64,000 nt of DNA from positions 55,989 to 119,988 of the forward strand of contig CAXXJU010000031.1 in NCBI GenBank assembly GCA_963668145.2, given 5' to 3'. The notes beneath the pieces are model-generated. The model had not been told where the DNA came from. It made no database searches and worked only from the letters and a program-made list of their open reading frames with translations. Source of the DNA: Geopsychrobacteraceae bacterium. Lineage in GTDB: Bacteria; Desulfobacterota; Desulfuromonadia; Desulfuromonadales; Geopsychrobacteraceae. This document shows, in pieces, positions 29,876 through 40,992 of the stretch. Numbering within the stretch: position 1 is the first letter of the stretch; every line of letters starts with the position of its first letter. Position numbers and translations under genes: made by a program.

Positions 29876-31959
29876 ATGACAGCCACAGAATCCGAACCGT
29901 TTAAGACTGAATCAAAAATCCTGCTTATCCTCGGGGTCGCGATCGCACTGGTTCATATCTGGTTCAATGTATTCACCGTGCTCTCGTCCCTGTGGCAGAA
30001 TGCCCTGCATTTTGCCGGTTTTGCCTTGATGGCCGCCTATGTCTATCCGTTGCGGAAAGACCCTTCCTGGGCGTGGCGGATTCCCGACATCCTTCTCGGG
30101 CTGGCTGCGGCAAGTTCGGCCATCTACATGATAGCCATGGAAGATGCCATTTATGCCCGAGGGGTGCGCCTGGCTACGCCCGAATGGATCGCCGGAATCG
30201 TCCTGATTCTCTGTGCCCTTGAATTTACCCGCCGGGTGGCCGGCTGGTTTATCCCCGTTCTCATCATCACCGCCCTGACCTATGTTGGCTGGTGGGGGGC
30301 GGATATTTCCGGGGTGTTCAAATTTGCCGGGCTCAGCACCGAAACCATCCTGTTCCGCAGTATTTATGGCGATGATGCCCTGTTCGGCACCATTGCGCTG
30401 ATTTCCTCATCCTACGTCTTCATGTTCATCCTGTTCGGCGCTTTTCTGCTGCGCTCCGGGGCAGGGGAGTTCGTTATCGACCTGGCTCGCGCCGTGGCCG
30501 GCCGGATGGTTGGCGGACCCGGGTTGGTCGCGGTGCTGGCTTCCGGTCTGATGGGCACGATCTCCGGTTCTGCAGTTGCCAACACCGCCTCGACCGGGGT
30601 CATCACCATTCCGCTCATGAAACGGGCCGGGTTTCCGGCCAAGTTTGCCGCCGGGACCGAAGCTGCTGCCTCGACCGGAGGGCAGTTGATGCCGCCGATC
30701 ATGGGGGCCGGGGCCTTTGTCATGGCCACCTATACTCAGATCTCCTACAATACCATTGTGCTGGTCAGTATCCTGCCCGCCATCCTCTATTTTGCGACGG
30801 TCGCCTTTTTCGTACGGATCGAAGCGAAAAGAAGTTATGTGACCGCCCTTGACGATGAGAAGGTTGCCGCCCTGGAGTTTTGAAAAAGGGCGGGATTGTT
30901 TTTCTGCTCCCCATTGGTGTGCTGATCGGACTGTTGATTTACGGTTTTACCCCCACCTATGCGGCCGGGCTCAGTATTATTGCCGTGGTTGCATCGTCCT
31001 GGCTGACCGGCAACCGGATGGGGCCGAAGGCAATAATTGAAGCCATGGCGCTGGGCGCTCGGAATATGGTGATGACCGCTATTCTGCTCTGCTCCGTCGG
31101 ACTGATCGTCAATGTTATTTCAACCGCGGGTATCGGGAATACCTTTTCGCTGATGATCAACCAATGGGCCGGTCACAGCCTGGTGATAGCCATTCTTCTT
31201 ATCGCGCTGGCCTCCCTGGTGCTCGGCATGGGGCTGCCGGTGACGGCGGCCTACATTGTTCTAGGGACCCTGTCAGCGCCTGCCTTGCACGGACTGATCG
31301 CCGATGGTCTGATGGTCAAGGCGCTGGTCAGTGGGCAGATTCCGGAAGCCGCCAAGGCGATTTTCATGCTCGCGGCACCGCAGCATCTGGCGGAGATAGG
31401 CAACCCCATGAATACGGCCACGGCCAGGGCCATTGTCGACGCCATTCCCATGGACATGGCTGGTATGGTGCGCGAAGCGGTTCTCAGCCAGCACAGTCTG
31501 ACCTTTGCCTTGCTCTCGGCTCATCTGATCGTGTTCTGGCTGAGTCAGGATTCCAATGTGACCCCGCCAGTGGCATTGGCAGCCTTTACCGGTGCGGCCA
31601 TTGCCGGCACTAAACCGATGGCGACCGGACTGCAGGCATGGAAACTGGCCAAGGGGCTTTATGTGGTGCCGCTGCTGTTTGCTTATACGCCCTTTATCGG
31701 TGGAACCTGGGCTGGGGATCTGACCATATTCTTCTTTGCCTTTTTCGGGTTGTACGCTTTTGCCGCCGGGATTGAAGGTTTTATGGAGTCCAAGCTGAAT
31801 CCGCTGTTCCGGCTGCTCTCGCTGGCCGCTGCCGCCGCGTTGCTGTGGCCTGCCCCCTGGTTGGTTCACCTGGCTGGGTTAGTCATTCTCATCGGTCTGT
31901 TCATCCTGAGTAAACGTAAAGACACAAGCGGCAGTCCATTGCAGCAGGCTCCAGCCTGA
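29876..31959 (+). CDS. TRAP fused permease (frameshifted as sequenced near 30877)
   Basis: Two halves carry TRAP motifs (STGGQLMPP; SNVTPPVALAAF). One added G at CTGGAG-TTTTG gives a single 695-codon frame. Confidence 0.88.
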
Positions 31960-32040
31960 AAGATCTTTGCCGGAGGCCTGTTGAACGGCATAAGGGCTGT
32001 ACCGGTCCAAAACCCGAAAACCATAACAACATGACCCGTA

Positions 32041-32080
32041 AATAAAGAAAGTCCGGCTTTTTTGCCGGACTTTCTTTATT
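32041..32080. terminator. Bidirectional terminator
   Basis: AATAAAGAAAGTCCGGC-TTTTTT-GCCGGACTTTCTTTATT, a perfect 17-bp stem. Confidence 0.85.
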
Positions 32081-32315
32081 ATGATTATTTTAATTTCATT
32101 ATATTTATGTTAAGTTTCTGTTGTAATTTTTGGGAATTTACAGGAATGGGTGCAATTTTTGTTGCAGTCACAAGTTTTTTTAAATTAATGAAAACCTATC
32201 AATTTCAGTGGGTTGTGCAGAAATTGTAGAAAGGAGATCAACTTAGATTGAAACCCGGCCCTTGAGGTGTGTCAAAAATCTTCAATAAAAACAGCAGCAT
32301 ATGGGAAATATTGGT

Positions 32316-32331
32316 TGGTACTTATTTTGCA
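32316..32331 (+). promoter_or_regulatory. Sigma54 (-24/-12) promoter upstream of the MCP genes
   Basis: TGGTAC-TTATT-TTGCA, about 65 bp before the MCP start. Confidence 0.65.
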
Positions 32332-32395
32332 GTAAATTGGCGGTGTTTAGCCCATGCAACCAGGCCAATCATAAATGTTGAAGAGAGGAACTGAC

Positions 32396-34620
32396 ATGCT
32401 GAAGAGACTGAAGATTAACTACAAGATGTTGCTGTTGACCGGTTCGATTCTGATTCTGTTGCTTGTCACGCTGCTCTGGGGGATCTCCGGTCTATCCAGG
32501 ACTGTGGCTAACGGCAAAGAGATGGCTTCTGGCAACAAGCTGCGGGGCGAACTTCTGGCCCGGGAAGTTGATCATCTGAATTGGGCTAAACAAGTGTCAA
32601 CCTTTTTAACCGATGCCAATGTGACCGATTTGAGTGTGCAGATGGACCATACCCAGTGCGCCCTTGGCAAGTGGTTGTATGGCGATGGTCGGCAGCAGGC
32701 CGAAGCGTTGGTCCCTGTTCTGGCCAGCGATTTTAAAGCATTGGAAAAACCGCATCAGTTGCTGCATGAGTCCGCGCGCAAGATAAAGGAGGCCTTTCAG
32801 CCGGCCGATCCTTATTTGCCCCAGTTTCTGACCGAGAAGGAACTGGATCATATGAACTGGATCTATCAGATTCAAAGCGCCATTTTGGCAAAAGCGGATT
32901 CGGTTGCGGTTCAGTTTGATCCGACCAAGTGCAGCTATGGCAAGTTTCTGTACGGAGAGGAGGGCGAAAAGCGCGCCGGAACCCGGAGCTTGGGGCCATT
33001 TTGAGCGCTGCCGAAGAGCCTCATAAACGGCTGCATGAATACGGCAAAAAGATCAATGATCTGCTGGCTGCAGGGCGTTTTGACGAAGCTTCCGGTTATT
33101 TCTCCGAGGTGGTTATCCCGACCTTGGAGGAAACCAAACAGGCACTGGCTGATGCAACCAGGACCGCAACCGCGGTATTGGATGGGCAACGTAGGGCCAA
33201 CCTGATTTTTGCCGGAGAAACCCAGCGCTATCTGCAGGAGGTGCAAGGTGTTCTGCACGATATGATCAAGGTTTCGACCGATCATATCATGACCGATGAC
33301 AAGATGATTGCAGCCGCGGTCGGAACCCGGACCGGGATCAGTGTGATCGGGATTGTGGCGTTGTTTGTCGGGATGGGGCTTGCCTACATCATCTCGCGCA
33401 GTATAACCAAACCGCTGCACCATGCCTTTGCCGTTATCAGTCAGTACGGTAAAGGAGATACCAGGGATCAGGATCTGCCTATGGGGGATCAGGTCAATTG
33501 TTCGGCTATCAATAATTGCGGTCAGCAACACTGTCTCAGTTTCGGTAAAGAAGCTCATTGCTGGGTCGATACCGGAACCTTTGGACCCAATCCGGTCTGC
33601 CTCAAGTTGACCGATGGGACTTTTAAAGATTGCCGCGAATGCAAGGTTTATAACGCCAGGGATGAGATCACCGAGCTGGGTTCGGTCCTGGTCGGAATGG
33701 CGAAGAGCCTGCAGGGGCGCAGCGAGTTGGCAGAAGCCATCGCCAGAGGTGATTTGACTCAAGATGTGAAAGTCGCTTCCACGCATGATCAGCTCGGTCA
33801 TGCATTGAAGACGATGCTCGAAGGTCTGCGCGAGATGGTCGGCGGTATTCAGTTGGCCGGTGATCAGATCGCCACCGGGGCCGGGCAGGTGGCAGATGCC
33901 AGTCAGGCTCTGTCGCAGGGGGCCACCGAATCGGCCAGTTCCCTGGAAGAGGTCACTGCGTCCATGGATGAGATGGCCAGCCAGGTCAGAATCAATGCTG
34001 AAAATGCCGGCACCGCCAACCGCCTGTCCGGCGAATCGAAGCAGGCGGCGGAAAAGGGCGACCGGCAGATGGCGGAGATGGTCGGGGCCATGGGAGAAAT
34101 CAATCAGGCCGGGCAGAACATCAGTAAGATCATCAAAGTCATTGATGAGATCGCTTTTCAGACCAACTTGCTGGCCTTGAATGCGGCCGTGGAAGCTGCT
34201 CGGGCCGGGCAGCATGGCAAAGGGTTTGCCGTAGTGGCTGAAGAGGTCCGCAATTTGGCCGCCCGCAGCGCCAAAGCAGCCAAGGAAACAGCTGAATTGA
34301 TCGAAGGTTCGGTCGCATTGACCAATCGTGGTAACCAAATGGCACAGCAGACCGCCAGCGCCCTGAAGGAGATCATGAGCGGGACCAACCAAGTGGCTGA
34401 ATTGCTCGAAGAAATTGCTGTGGCCTCCAACGAGCAGGCCCAGGGGATCAGCCAGGTGTCCACGGGATTGGCCCAAATCGATCAGGTGACTCAGCAGAAT
34501 ACCGCCAGTGCCGAAGAGAGTGCCGCCGCCGCAGAAGAACTATCCGGCCAGGCGCTGCAGATGCAGGAGATGCTGAAGCGGTTTGTGCTGCATAAACCAG
34601 GGCGAAACGGCAGAATTTAA
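32396..34620 (+). CDS. Methyl-accepting chemotaxis protein with tandem CZB domains and a Cys-rich insert (frameshifted as sequenced near 32970)
   Basis: Two CZB-like repeats (DHLNW..C.LGKW..PH..LH; DHMNW..C.YGKF..PH..LH), two TM segments, and the [31 protein letters not shown] signalling domain. Confidence 0.88.
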
Positions 34621-34794
34621 TTTACCGCCTAAGCCTGCCTCTGCGGCGGGGATTGGGCAGTTGAGATTGTTCAGCGAAGCGGGCGTCATATTTAAGCACC
34701 CTTGGTGGTCAGGGGTTGAACAGTATTTTTTTTCACCCAAGTGTCCAAGCATCGAATCCGGGAAAAGGGCGCTGTTTTCGACGGAGAGTTCTGC

Positions 34795-37071
34795 ATGAAG
34801 ATAAGAACGAAATTTGTTCTGCCGATTACGATTCTGGTTCTGGTTTTTGCTTTGGTGACAGTTGTTGCCATCAACCGGACAGTGGAGGGGCTGGTGACGA
34901 GCCAGGAGGACGCCTCTCTGAGTTTTGCCCGGGAAAACCTGGAAAGCAAGGCGGAACAACGTAAACTCAATATTTACACCAGTATTGATCAACTTGGAAC
35001 CAAAGCCCTGGAACTCTCCTCGATCTTTACCGAAATTCCTGATGTACAGACTGCTTATCGGTTGGCGCTGCTTGGCGACCAGAATGACGAAAATGATCAT
35101 GAGATGCTGATGGCGCGTGAGCATCTGCGTAAAGTCATGGCACCCTACATAGCCGGCTATAAACGGCAGACCGGACAGAAATCTCTGCAGCTCCATTTTC
35201 ATACCCCCAGCGCTCGCAGTCTGGCCAGATTGTGGCGAGACGGCTGGCAGGTTCAGCGGGACGGCAAAAAGCTCGACGTGTCAGATGATCTGTCTTCGTT
35301 CCGGAAGACCGTGGTCGAAATCAACCAGGGTGACCATAAGCCGATCAAGGGGATTGAAATCGGTCGTGGCGGTTTTGCCCTGCGCGGCCTTTCCCCGATT
35401 ACTTCCCGGGAAGGAACGCATCTGGGCTCCTGCGAGGTGTTAATTCCCTTTGCGGATGTCATTACCGCCAATCATACCGACGACAGCTATCAGATCGCCG
35501 TCTACATGCTGGCGGATTTTCTGCCGATTGCGAAAAAACTACAGGATCCGGTGAAGAATCCGGTTCTGGGCGGAAAATATGTCTTTTTGTCGTCAACCCG
35601 GCCGGAAGAGACCGCACCACTGCTGACGGCAGCAGTGCTTGACCAGGGCGGACAGACAGAACCGCATCAGGTCATTGACCACCATTATGTCAATGTCTTT
35701 CCCATCAACGATTATTCCGGAAAGATCGTGGGCATGATGGCTTTAGTCTACAATATGAAGACTATTGAACAATTGTCGACCGACATCAAAGAGGCTGGGG
35801 CGGCGACCATTGGCAAGCTGAATTGGCGATTCGGTAGCGGCGCCGCAGTCCTGGTCGTGATCATCTTTGCGACCGTTTTCCTGATCACGCGGCGCGTCAT
35901 TGGTCCGTTGCAGGGGATTGTGAGCGCGGCCCATGGGGTAGCCGTCGGCGATCTCAGTCAGACCGTTGCCTATCGGAGTACGGACGAAGTCGGTGAGCTT
36001 GCTACCGCCATCAACGGGATGATTGATAGCCTGGCGGCCAAGGCCGAAGAGGCCGGACAGATCGCTGAGGGGAATTTGCAGGTTGACGTGCTGGTCGGCT
36101 CCGACCGTGACCGCATGGGACAGGCATTCAGGACCATGGTCTCCAATCTGAATGAAGTCCTGCACGATGTCGCCCAGGTATCCCAGCGGATTGACATGGG
36201 CAGCCGTCAGGTTTCGGATACATCCCAGCAGATGTCGCAGGGGGCCTCGCAATCGGCCGCGTCCCTGGAGGAAATCGGCAGTTCCATGAACCAGATCGGT
36301 GGACAGACCCAACAGAGCGCAGAAAATGCCGGTCTGGCCAAAGAACTGGCCAATGGGGCGCAGAGTGCCGCAGCCACCGGCACTGAACGAATGGCAGATA
36401 TGATTTCCGCCATGGGCGAAATTAATGCAGCAGGGCAGAATATCAACAAGATCATCAAGGTGATCGATGAGATCGCCTTCCAGACCAACCTGCTGGCTTT
36501 GAATGCAGCTGTCGAAGCCGCCCGAGCCGGTCAACATGGTAAAGGTTTCGCCGTAGTTGCCGAAGAGGTACGTAACCTTGCGGCACGTAGCGCCAAGGCT
36601 GCCGAGGAGACCGCCCAACTCATCGAAGGGTCGGTGGAAAAGGCTGCCAACGGTACCCGGATTGCCGAACAGACCTCTGCCGCTCTGGATGAGATCGTTG
36701 CTTCGATCACCAAGGTCACCGATCTGGTAACGGAGATTGCCGCCGCCAGCAACGAACAGGCCGAAGGGATCAGCCAGATCAATCAAGGTCTGGGGCAGAT
36801 TGATCAGGCGGTTCAGCACAGTACTGCAACGGCTGAGGAATCCGCTGCTGAGGCCCAGGAACTGGCTGGCCTGTCGACCCAGCTTAAAGACCTGCTGAGC
36901 CGTTTTGTGCTGGCCCAGGGAGTGGCTGCAAGCCCTGTTCCGTCGGCTTCCCAGGCGGTGTTGCCGAAGCCGCAGAAACAACCGGACCCAAGTGGGGACT
37001 GGGCTGCTGTGCAACGGGACAGTGCAAAAAAAATAATCCCTCTGGATGATGAAGAGTTCGGCCGTTTCTAA
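34795..37071 (+). CDS. Methyl-accepting chemotaxis protein with a Cache-like periplasmic sensor
   Basis: TM, sensor ([20 protein letters not shown]), TM, HAMP and MCP signalling domain. Confidence 0.92.
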   Translation: MKIRTKFVLPITILVLVFALVTVVAINRTVEGLVTSQEDASLSFARENLESKAEQRKLNIYTSIDQLGTKALELSSIFTEIPDVQTAYRLALLGDQNDENDHEMLMAREHLRKVMAPYIAGYKRQTGQKSLQLHFHTPSARSLARLWRDGWQVQRDGKKLDVSDDLSSFRKTVVEINQGDHKPIKGIEIGRGGFALRGLSPITSREGTHLGSCEVLIPFADVITANHTDDSYQIAVYMLADFLPIAKKLQDPVKNPVLGGKYVFLSSTRPEETAPLLTAAVLDQGGQTEPHQVIDHHYVNVFPINDYSGKIVGMMALVYNMKTIEQLSTDIKEAGAATIGKLNWRFGSGAAVLVVIIFATVFLITRRVIGPLQGIVSAAHGVAVGDLSQTVAYRSTDEVGELATAINGMIDSLAAKAEEAGQIAEGNLQVDVLVGSDRDRMGQAFRTMVSNLNEVLHDVAQVSQRIDMGSRQVSDTSQQMSQGASQSAASLEEIGSSMNQIGGQTQQSAENAGLAKELANGAQSAAATGTERMADMISAMGEINAAGQNINKIIKVIDEIAFQTNLLALNAAVEAARAGQHGKGFAVVAEEVRNLAARSAKAAEETAQLIEGSVEKAANGTRIAEQTSAALDEIVASITKVTDLVTEIAAASNEQAEGISQINQGLGQIDQAVQHSTATAEESAAEAQELAGLSTQLKDLLSRFVLAQGVAASPVPSASQAVLPKPQKQPDPSGDWAAVQRDSAKKIIPLDDEEFGRF

Positions 37072-37204
37072 GTGGCTGGGGCAACGCACAGGAATAACAA
37101 TCGGGCCAAAAGCCCGCAAATGAATAGAGGGCGGCATGAATAAGCAGAGGGTTTGGCGCGGAGGATAGTCTTCAGGAACCATTGCATTCAATCAGGATCT
37201 GGCC

Positions 37205-38794
37205 ATGGCGATACGCAATGATGAAAAGAAACCGTTAGCAGCTGATACTGACATTCTGTTATGCGAAGAAAACGCCGCGTTCAAGGTCTGTCTGCGGCTG
37301 CAGCAGGATGGGATGGAGTGTGTTGCGGATTTCAGCTTTAAGGAACCCGAGGCCAAAGCCGAGCCAGCTGACCCCGTAGCCGGAGACTCTGGTGCCGGTG
37401 AAGCGGATTGTCATTGGGGGCTTTGCCCGGTCGAGTTGATCCGCTTGCTGAATCAGGTCGGTATTGTCCAGACCATCGATTATGAAGCGGTCTACGAACT
37501 CTGCGCGGCTATCGAACTCGGCCAGAAAATAGAGCCTGTGGTCATCGCCCGCGGCATTCCTGCCTACAAAGGGACCGATGGCTGGTTTGAACTGCAGGTC
37601 AAGACTGGCAAAGAGGGGGCCTCTTTCGTTGAAGACGAAAAAGGGAGTGTCGATTTCAAACAGCTGAATACCTTCAGCGAAATCGAGCCCGGCCAAAAGC
37701 TCGGCATCGTTCATCCACCCACCGCAGGAATCCCGGGGATGACCGCCCACGGCCTGCCGATTCCTGGCGAAAGCGGACAGCCATTTGAATTACAGGCCGG
37801 TGAAGGCGTTATCCTCAAGTATAACGGCCGGGTGGCTTTTGCTGACAAGTCGGGTCGCGCCCTGCTGGAAAAAAAGACCCTGGCCGTGGTGGACCAATGG
37901 GTGATCACCGGCGATGTTGACCTGAGTGTCGGCAATATCGATTTTCACGGCTATGTCGAAGTCAAGGGCGATGTTCTGGATGACTTCAATATCGTTGCCA
38001 AAAAGGGGATCAAGGTGCACGGTCATGTCGGCGCCAGCCTGCTTGAGTCGGACTCCTCCATTGAACTGGTCAGCATGGCCGGCAAGGGCAGTGGCAAGAT
38101 CATCTGTCGCGGTGATCTCAAAGCCAAATTTCTCAATCATGTTGAGGTTGTCAGTTTCGGACATATCCAGATCGCCAATGAAATCCGCAACTGCCTGGTC
38201 AAGTCGACCGGCCGGATCATGGTCGAAAAAGGGGCTATTATCGGTGGTCGCTGCATTGCCCTGGAGGGGATTCAGGCCAAGACCCTGGGTAGCAATTCCG
38301 CCCTGCGCACCGATCTGACTGCCGGGGTTTATTTTCCGGACGCGGATCGTTTCGAGTATCTGCGGGAGCGGCAGATGAACATCAATCAGCAGCTGCGGAA
38401 ATTGACCGAGGGGATCTCCCAGCTGCAGGCAACCTTGGCCAAAAAGACTTCCTATGCGGAAACCGCCCGCAAACGGCTGCATATCCTCAATGAGCATCTG
38501 GCCAAACTGGAAGAGGAAAAAGCCCGTTTAAGTTCCGAAATCGCCGCCTCCAGACCGCAGGAATTCAACAGCCGCAATCCTAAGATCAATGTCCAGGGGC
38601 AACTGCTGGAAGGGGTGCTCCTCACTCTCGGCAACAGCTGCGAAGAGATCAAAATCGCCCGCAGCGGACCGATCTCCATCATCGAAAACACCAGGGACGG
38701 GGGGCTGCGTTTTCTCTCCATGACGCCGATGACGCTGTTGGCGGATGAGATCGAGCAATCATTGTGGGAGGAAGAAGAAACGGGTGAGGAATAG
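37205..38794 (+). CDS. FapA / DUF342 family protein (flagellar assembly protein A)
   Basis: GSVDFKQL, GDVDLSVGNIDFHG and KGAIIGG motifs plus a C-terminal coiled coil. Confidence 0.85.
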   Translation: MAIRNDEKKPLAADTDILLCEENAAFKVCLRLQQDGMECVADFSFKEPEAKAEPADPVAGDSGAGEADCHWGLCPVELIRLLNQVGIVQTIDYEAVYELCAAIELGQKIEPVVIARGIPAYKGTDGWFELQVKTGKEGASFVEDEKGSVDFKQLNTFSEIEPGQKLGIVHPPTAGIPGMTAHGLPIPGESGQPFELQAGEGVILKYNGRVAFADKSGRALLEKKTLAVVDQWVITGDVDLSVGNIDFHGYVEVKGDVLDDFNIVAKKGIKVHGHVGASLLESDSSIELVSMAGKGSGKIICRGDLKAKFLNHVEVVSFGHIQIANEIRNCLVKSTGRIMVEKGAIIGGRCIALEGIQAKTLGSNSALRTDLTAGVYFPDADRFEYLRERQMNINQQLRKLTEGISQLQATLAKKTSYAETARKRLHILNEHLAKLEEEKARLSSEIAASRPQEFNSRNPKINVQGQLLEGVLLTLGNSCEEIKIARSGPISIIENTRDGGLRFLSMTPMTLLADEIEQSLWEEEETGEE

Positions 38795-38863
38795 ACCGAT
38801 AGCAGGTAAGCTGTTCATCGTTTATTCGCTGATCTTGATTCTCCCCGGCCGTTTGCCGGTCCT

Positions 38864-40744
38864 TCATGGCATGCCGTATTTTTTCATTTTTCGCCACAGG
38901 GTTGTGGGATGGATGTTAAGCAACTGTGCGGCTTCACGCCTGTTTGCGGTACTGTAGAGCGCAGATCGGATGGCCTCCTGTTCCTGTAGTCCGGAGAGGT
39001 CGGAAAGGCTGAGCTCCTGCTTTTGTTCCGGGGGAGTGAAGACTGGATGTTCCATGCAGAGGCGGACTGCGTTGGTGTCAGCCGTTTCGGACTCGGATAG
39101 AACCGACAGGCGCTCGCAGAAATTGCTTAATTCCCTTACATTACCCGGCCAGCTATAGGTCATAATCAGTTTTTCCGCTTCCGGGGTCAGACTTCTCAGG
39201 CGGGAGCCAAAAACCGCTTTATTGACCTGGATAAAGTGGCTACACAGGGCAGTGATGTCATTAGGACGCTCCCGTAATGGGGGGAGGGACAGTTTGAGAA
39301 CATTCAACCGGTAGAACAGGTCTTCCCGGAAACTTCCCTGTCTGACCAGATCCTTGAGGTTTTTGTTGGAAGCCGAGATAATTCTGATGTCGATGGGGAT
39401 AACCCTGTCGTGTCCGATGCGCATGATTTCACGTTCCTGCAAAACTCTCAGCAGCCTGCTTTGCAGTTTCGGCGAAATATCACCAATCTCGTCAAGGAAG
39501 ACGGTCCCTTTGTGGGCCAGTTCGAAAAGCCCCTGTTTCCCGCCTTTTGCTGCTCCAGTAAAAGCTCCATCAACATAACCGAAAAGTTCACTTTCCAGCA
39601 GGTCTTCGGCCAGCGCTGCGCAGTTGATAGCAATGAAAGGCTGGTTTTTACGGCTACTTTCATTGTGAATACTTTGAGCAAATAGTTCTTTGCCGGTACC
39701 CGTTTCACCAAAAATAAAGATATTGGAATCAACCTTACTGAATTTCTGGGCGGTAAGAATCGTTTCCCGAATGGAATTTTCTGCACCGATGATATCCCTG
39801 AAGCGGTATTTTGCGATCAAGCCCTTATGGTGAAGCTTCGAACGGATCTGTCCTTCAAGCTCCTGGATCTTCGAGATGTTGGAAAAGGTGATGACCGCAC
39901 CGGCATCCCCCGCCGGCACACAGTTGACGGTATGCACCAGCTGATTGATCGTGACCAGTTCGTCGAGAATTTTTTCTTCTTGTTGAAGAACCCTGCGGAT
40001 ATCAATCTGGGGCAACACCTTGCTCAGGCTGACCGGTTGGCCGGGGTTGCTCAGTTCGGTAAACATTTTTCTGACATAGTTATTGGCAACCGTGATATCC
40101 CCCTCGCGATTAACCGAGATAATTCCCTCAAAGGTATAGTCCATGATGCTTTCAAACCGTTCAGCTCTTTCCCGCTCCTGGCGCATTAGGCGAACTGAGC
40201 GAATTGCTTCGTCAATTGCCTGAAGGACGGTTTTTTTGCCGCTTTTGATCATCACCGACGGCACTCCCATCTGCTGGCAGAGCGTGTATCCCGTTCTGCC
40301 GGCAATGACGGCATCAGCGCCTTCCTCAAGAGCCTGCAAAATTGTGCTTTGCAAACGGTTGGGGTCATCGACCTGGTAGCTATTCAGCGAGCAGGGAAAA
40401 GCGTCTTTGATTTCTTCGATGCCGTAGATGGTGTTCAGCGGGCCGATCACCGCAATTTCTCGCGGAGAGTAGTTTCTGATGCAGGTGGTGAGGGCGGCAG
40501 TAATATCAAACCCGGTGACCGTCATATCGATCAGCGGGACAGCGGACAATTGCTGGATCTTATCGGCAGAATATCCCCGGGCAATCACTATGTCTGTCTC
40601 CTGTAAATCCTGTTCACTGATCTCATCGACTGTTCTGGTCAGTATTGACTGTGATAGGGCCGCTTTTTCGGGATGTTGGCGGAAAATTTCCGCAACGGTC
40701 TGGTTTATGGAACGGTAGGGCACAATAAATGTGATACGAATCAT
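38864..40744 (-). CDS. PrpR-like sigma54-dependent activator (PrpR_N, PAS, AAA+, Fis HTH)
   Basis: IARGYSA and VTGFDI in the N-terminal domain, GETGTGKE, GAFTGA, and IHPTTLWRKMKKY. Confidence 0.88.
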   Translation of the reverse strand: MIRITFIVPYRSINQTVAEIFRQHPEKAALSQSILTRTVDEISEQDLQETDIVIARGYSADKIQQLSAVPLIDMTVTGFDITAALTTCIRNYSPREIAVIGPLNTIYGIEEIKDAFPCSLNSYQVDDPNRLQSTILQALEEGADAVIAGRTGYTLCQQMGVPSVMIKSGKKTVLQAIDEAIRSVRLMRQERERAERFESIMDYTFEGIISVNREGDITVANNYVRKMFTELSNPGQPVSLSKVLPQIDIRRVLQQEEKILDELVTINQLVHTVNCVPAGDAGAVITFSNISKIQELEGQIRSKLHHKGLIAKYRFRDIIGAENSIRETILTAQKFSKVDSNIFIFGETGTGKELFAQSIHNESSRKNQPFIAINCAALAEDLLESELFGYVDGAFTGAAKGGKQGLFELAHKGTVFLDEIGDISPKLQSRLLRVLQEREIMRIGHDRVIPIDIRIISASNKNLKDLVRQGSFREDLFYRLNVLKLSLPPLRERPNDITALCSHFIQVNKAVFGSRLRSLTPEAEKLIMTYSWPGNVRELSNFCERLSVLSESETADTNAVRLCMEHPVFTPPEQKQELSLSDLSGLQEQEAIRSALYSTANRREAAQLLNIHPTTLWRKMKKYGMP

Positions 40745-40783
40745 AATCGCCTCGCACGAGAAGATTGCAAAAGTGAAGATGAG

Positions 40784-40948
40784 TATTGCATTAATGCAAT
40801 ATCAACTGCAATTGTTCTTCGCGGGAAAAATAATTTTCCGAGACGACGATATGAGTTTTTTAGAACCATTTTCTAGCTACTTTCAAAGGATGTTGCTGTA
40901 TTTTTTCGAGATCGTTTTCCCACCTTGGTTATTGGTATCCTTCTTGCT
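40784..40948 (+). promoter_or_regulatory. 18-bp palindromic enhancer and consensus-like sigma54 promoter for the divergent operon
   Basis: TATTGCATTAATGCAATA (40784-40801) and TGGTAT-CCTTC-TTGCT (40933-40948). Confidence 0.72.
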
Positions 40949-40992
40949 CAAACCCCAACCAAGCTATGAATTCAACTCGACAGGAGGATGTT

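Noticed and set aside
34598-34670. Possible c-di-GMP-I (GEMM) riboswitch between the two MCP genes
   Set aside because: GGGCGAAAC and GCCTAA fragments are present, but the GAAA tetraloop, receptor and GCAAAG junction are missing, and the region overlaps the upstream coding end.
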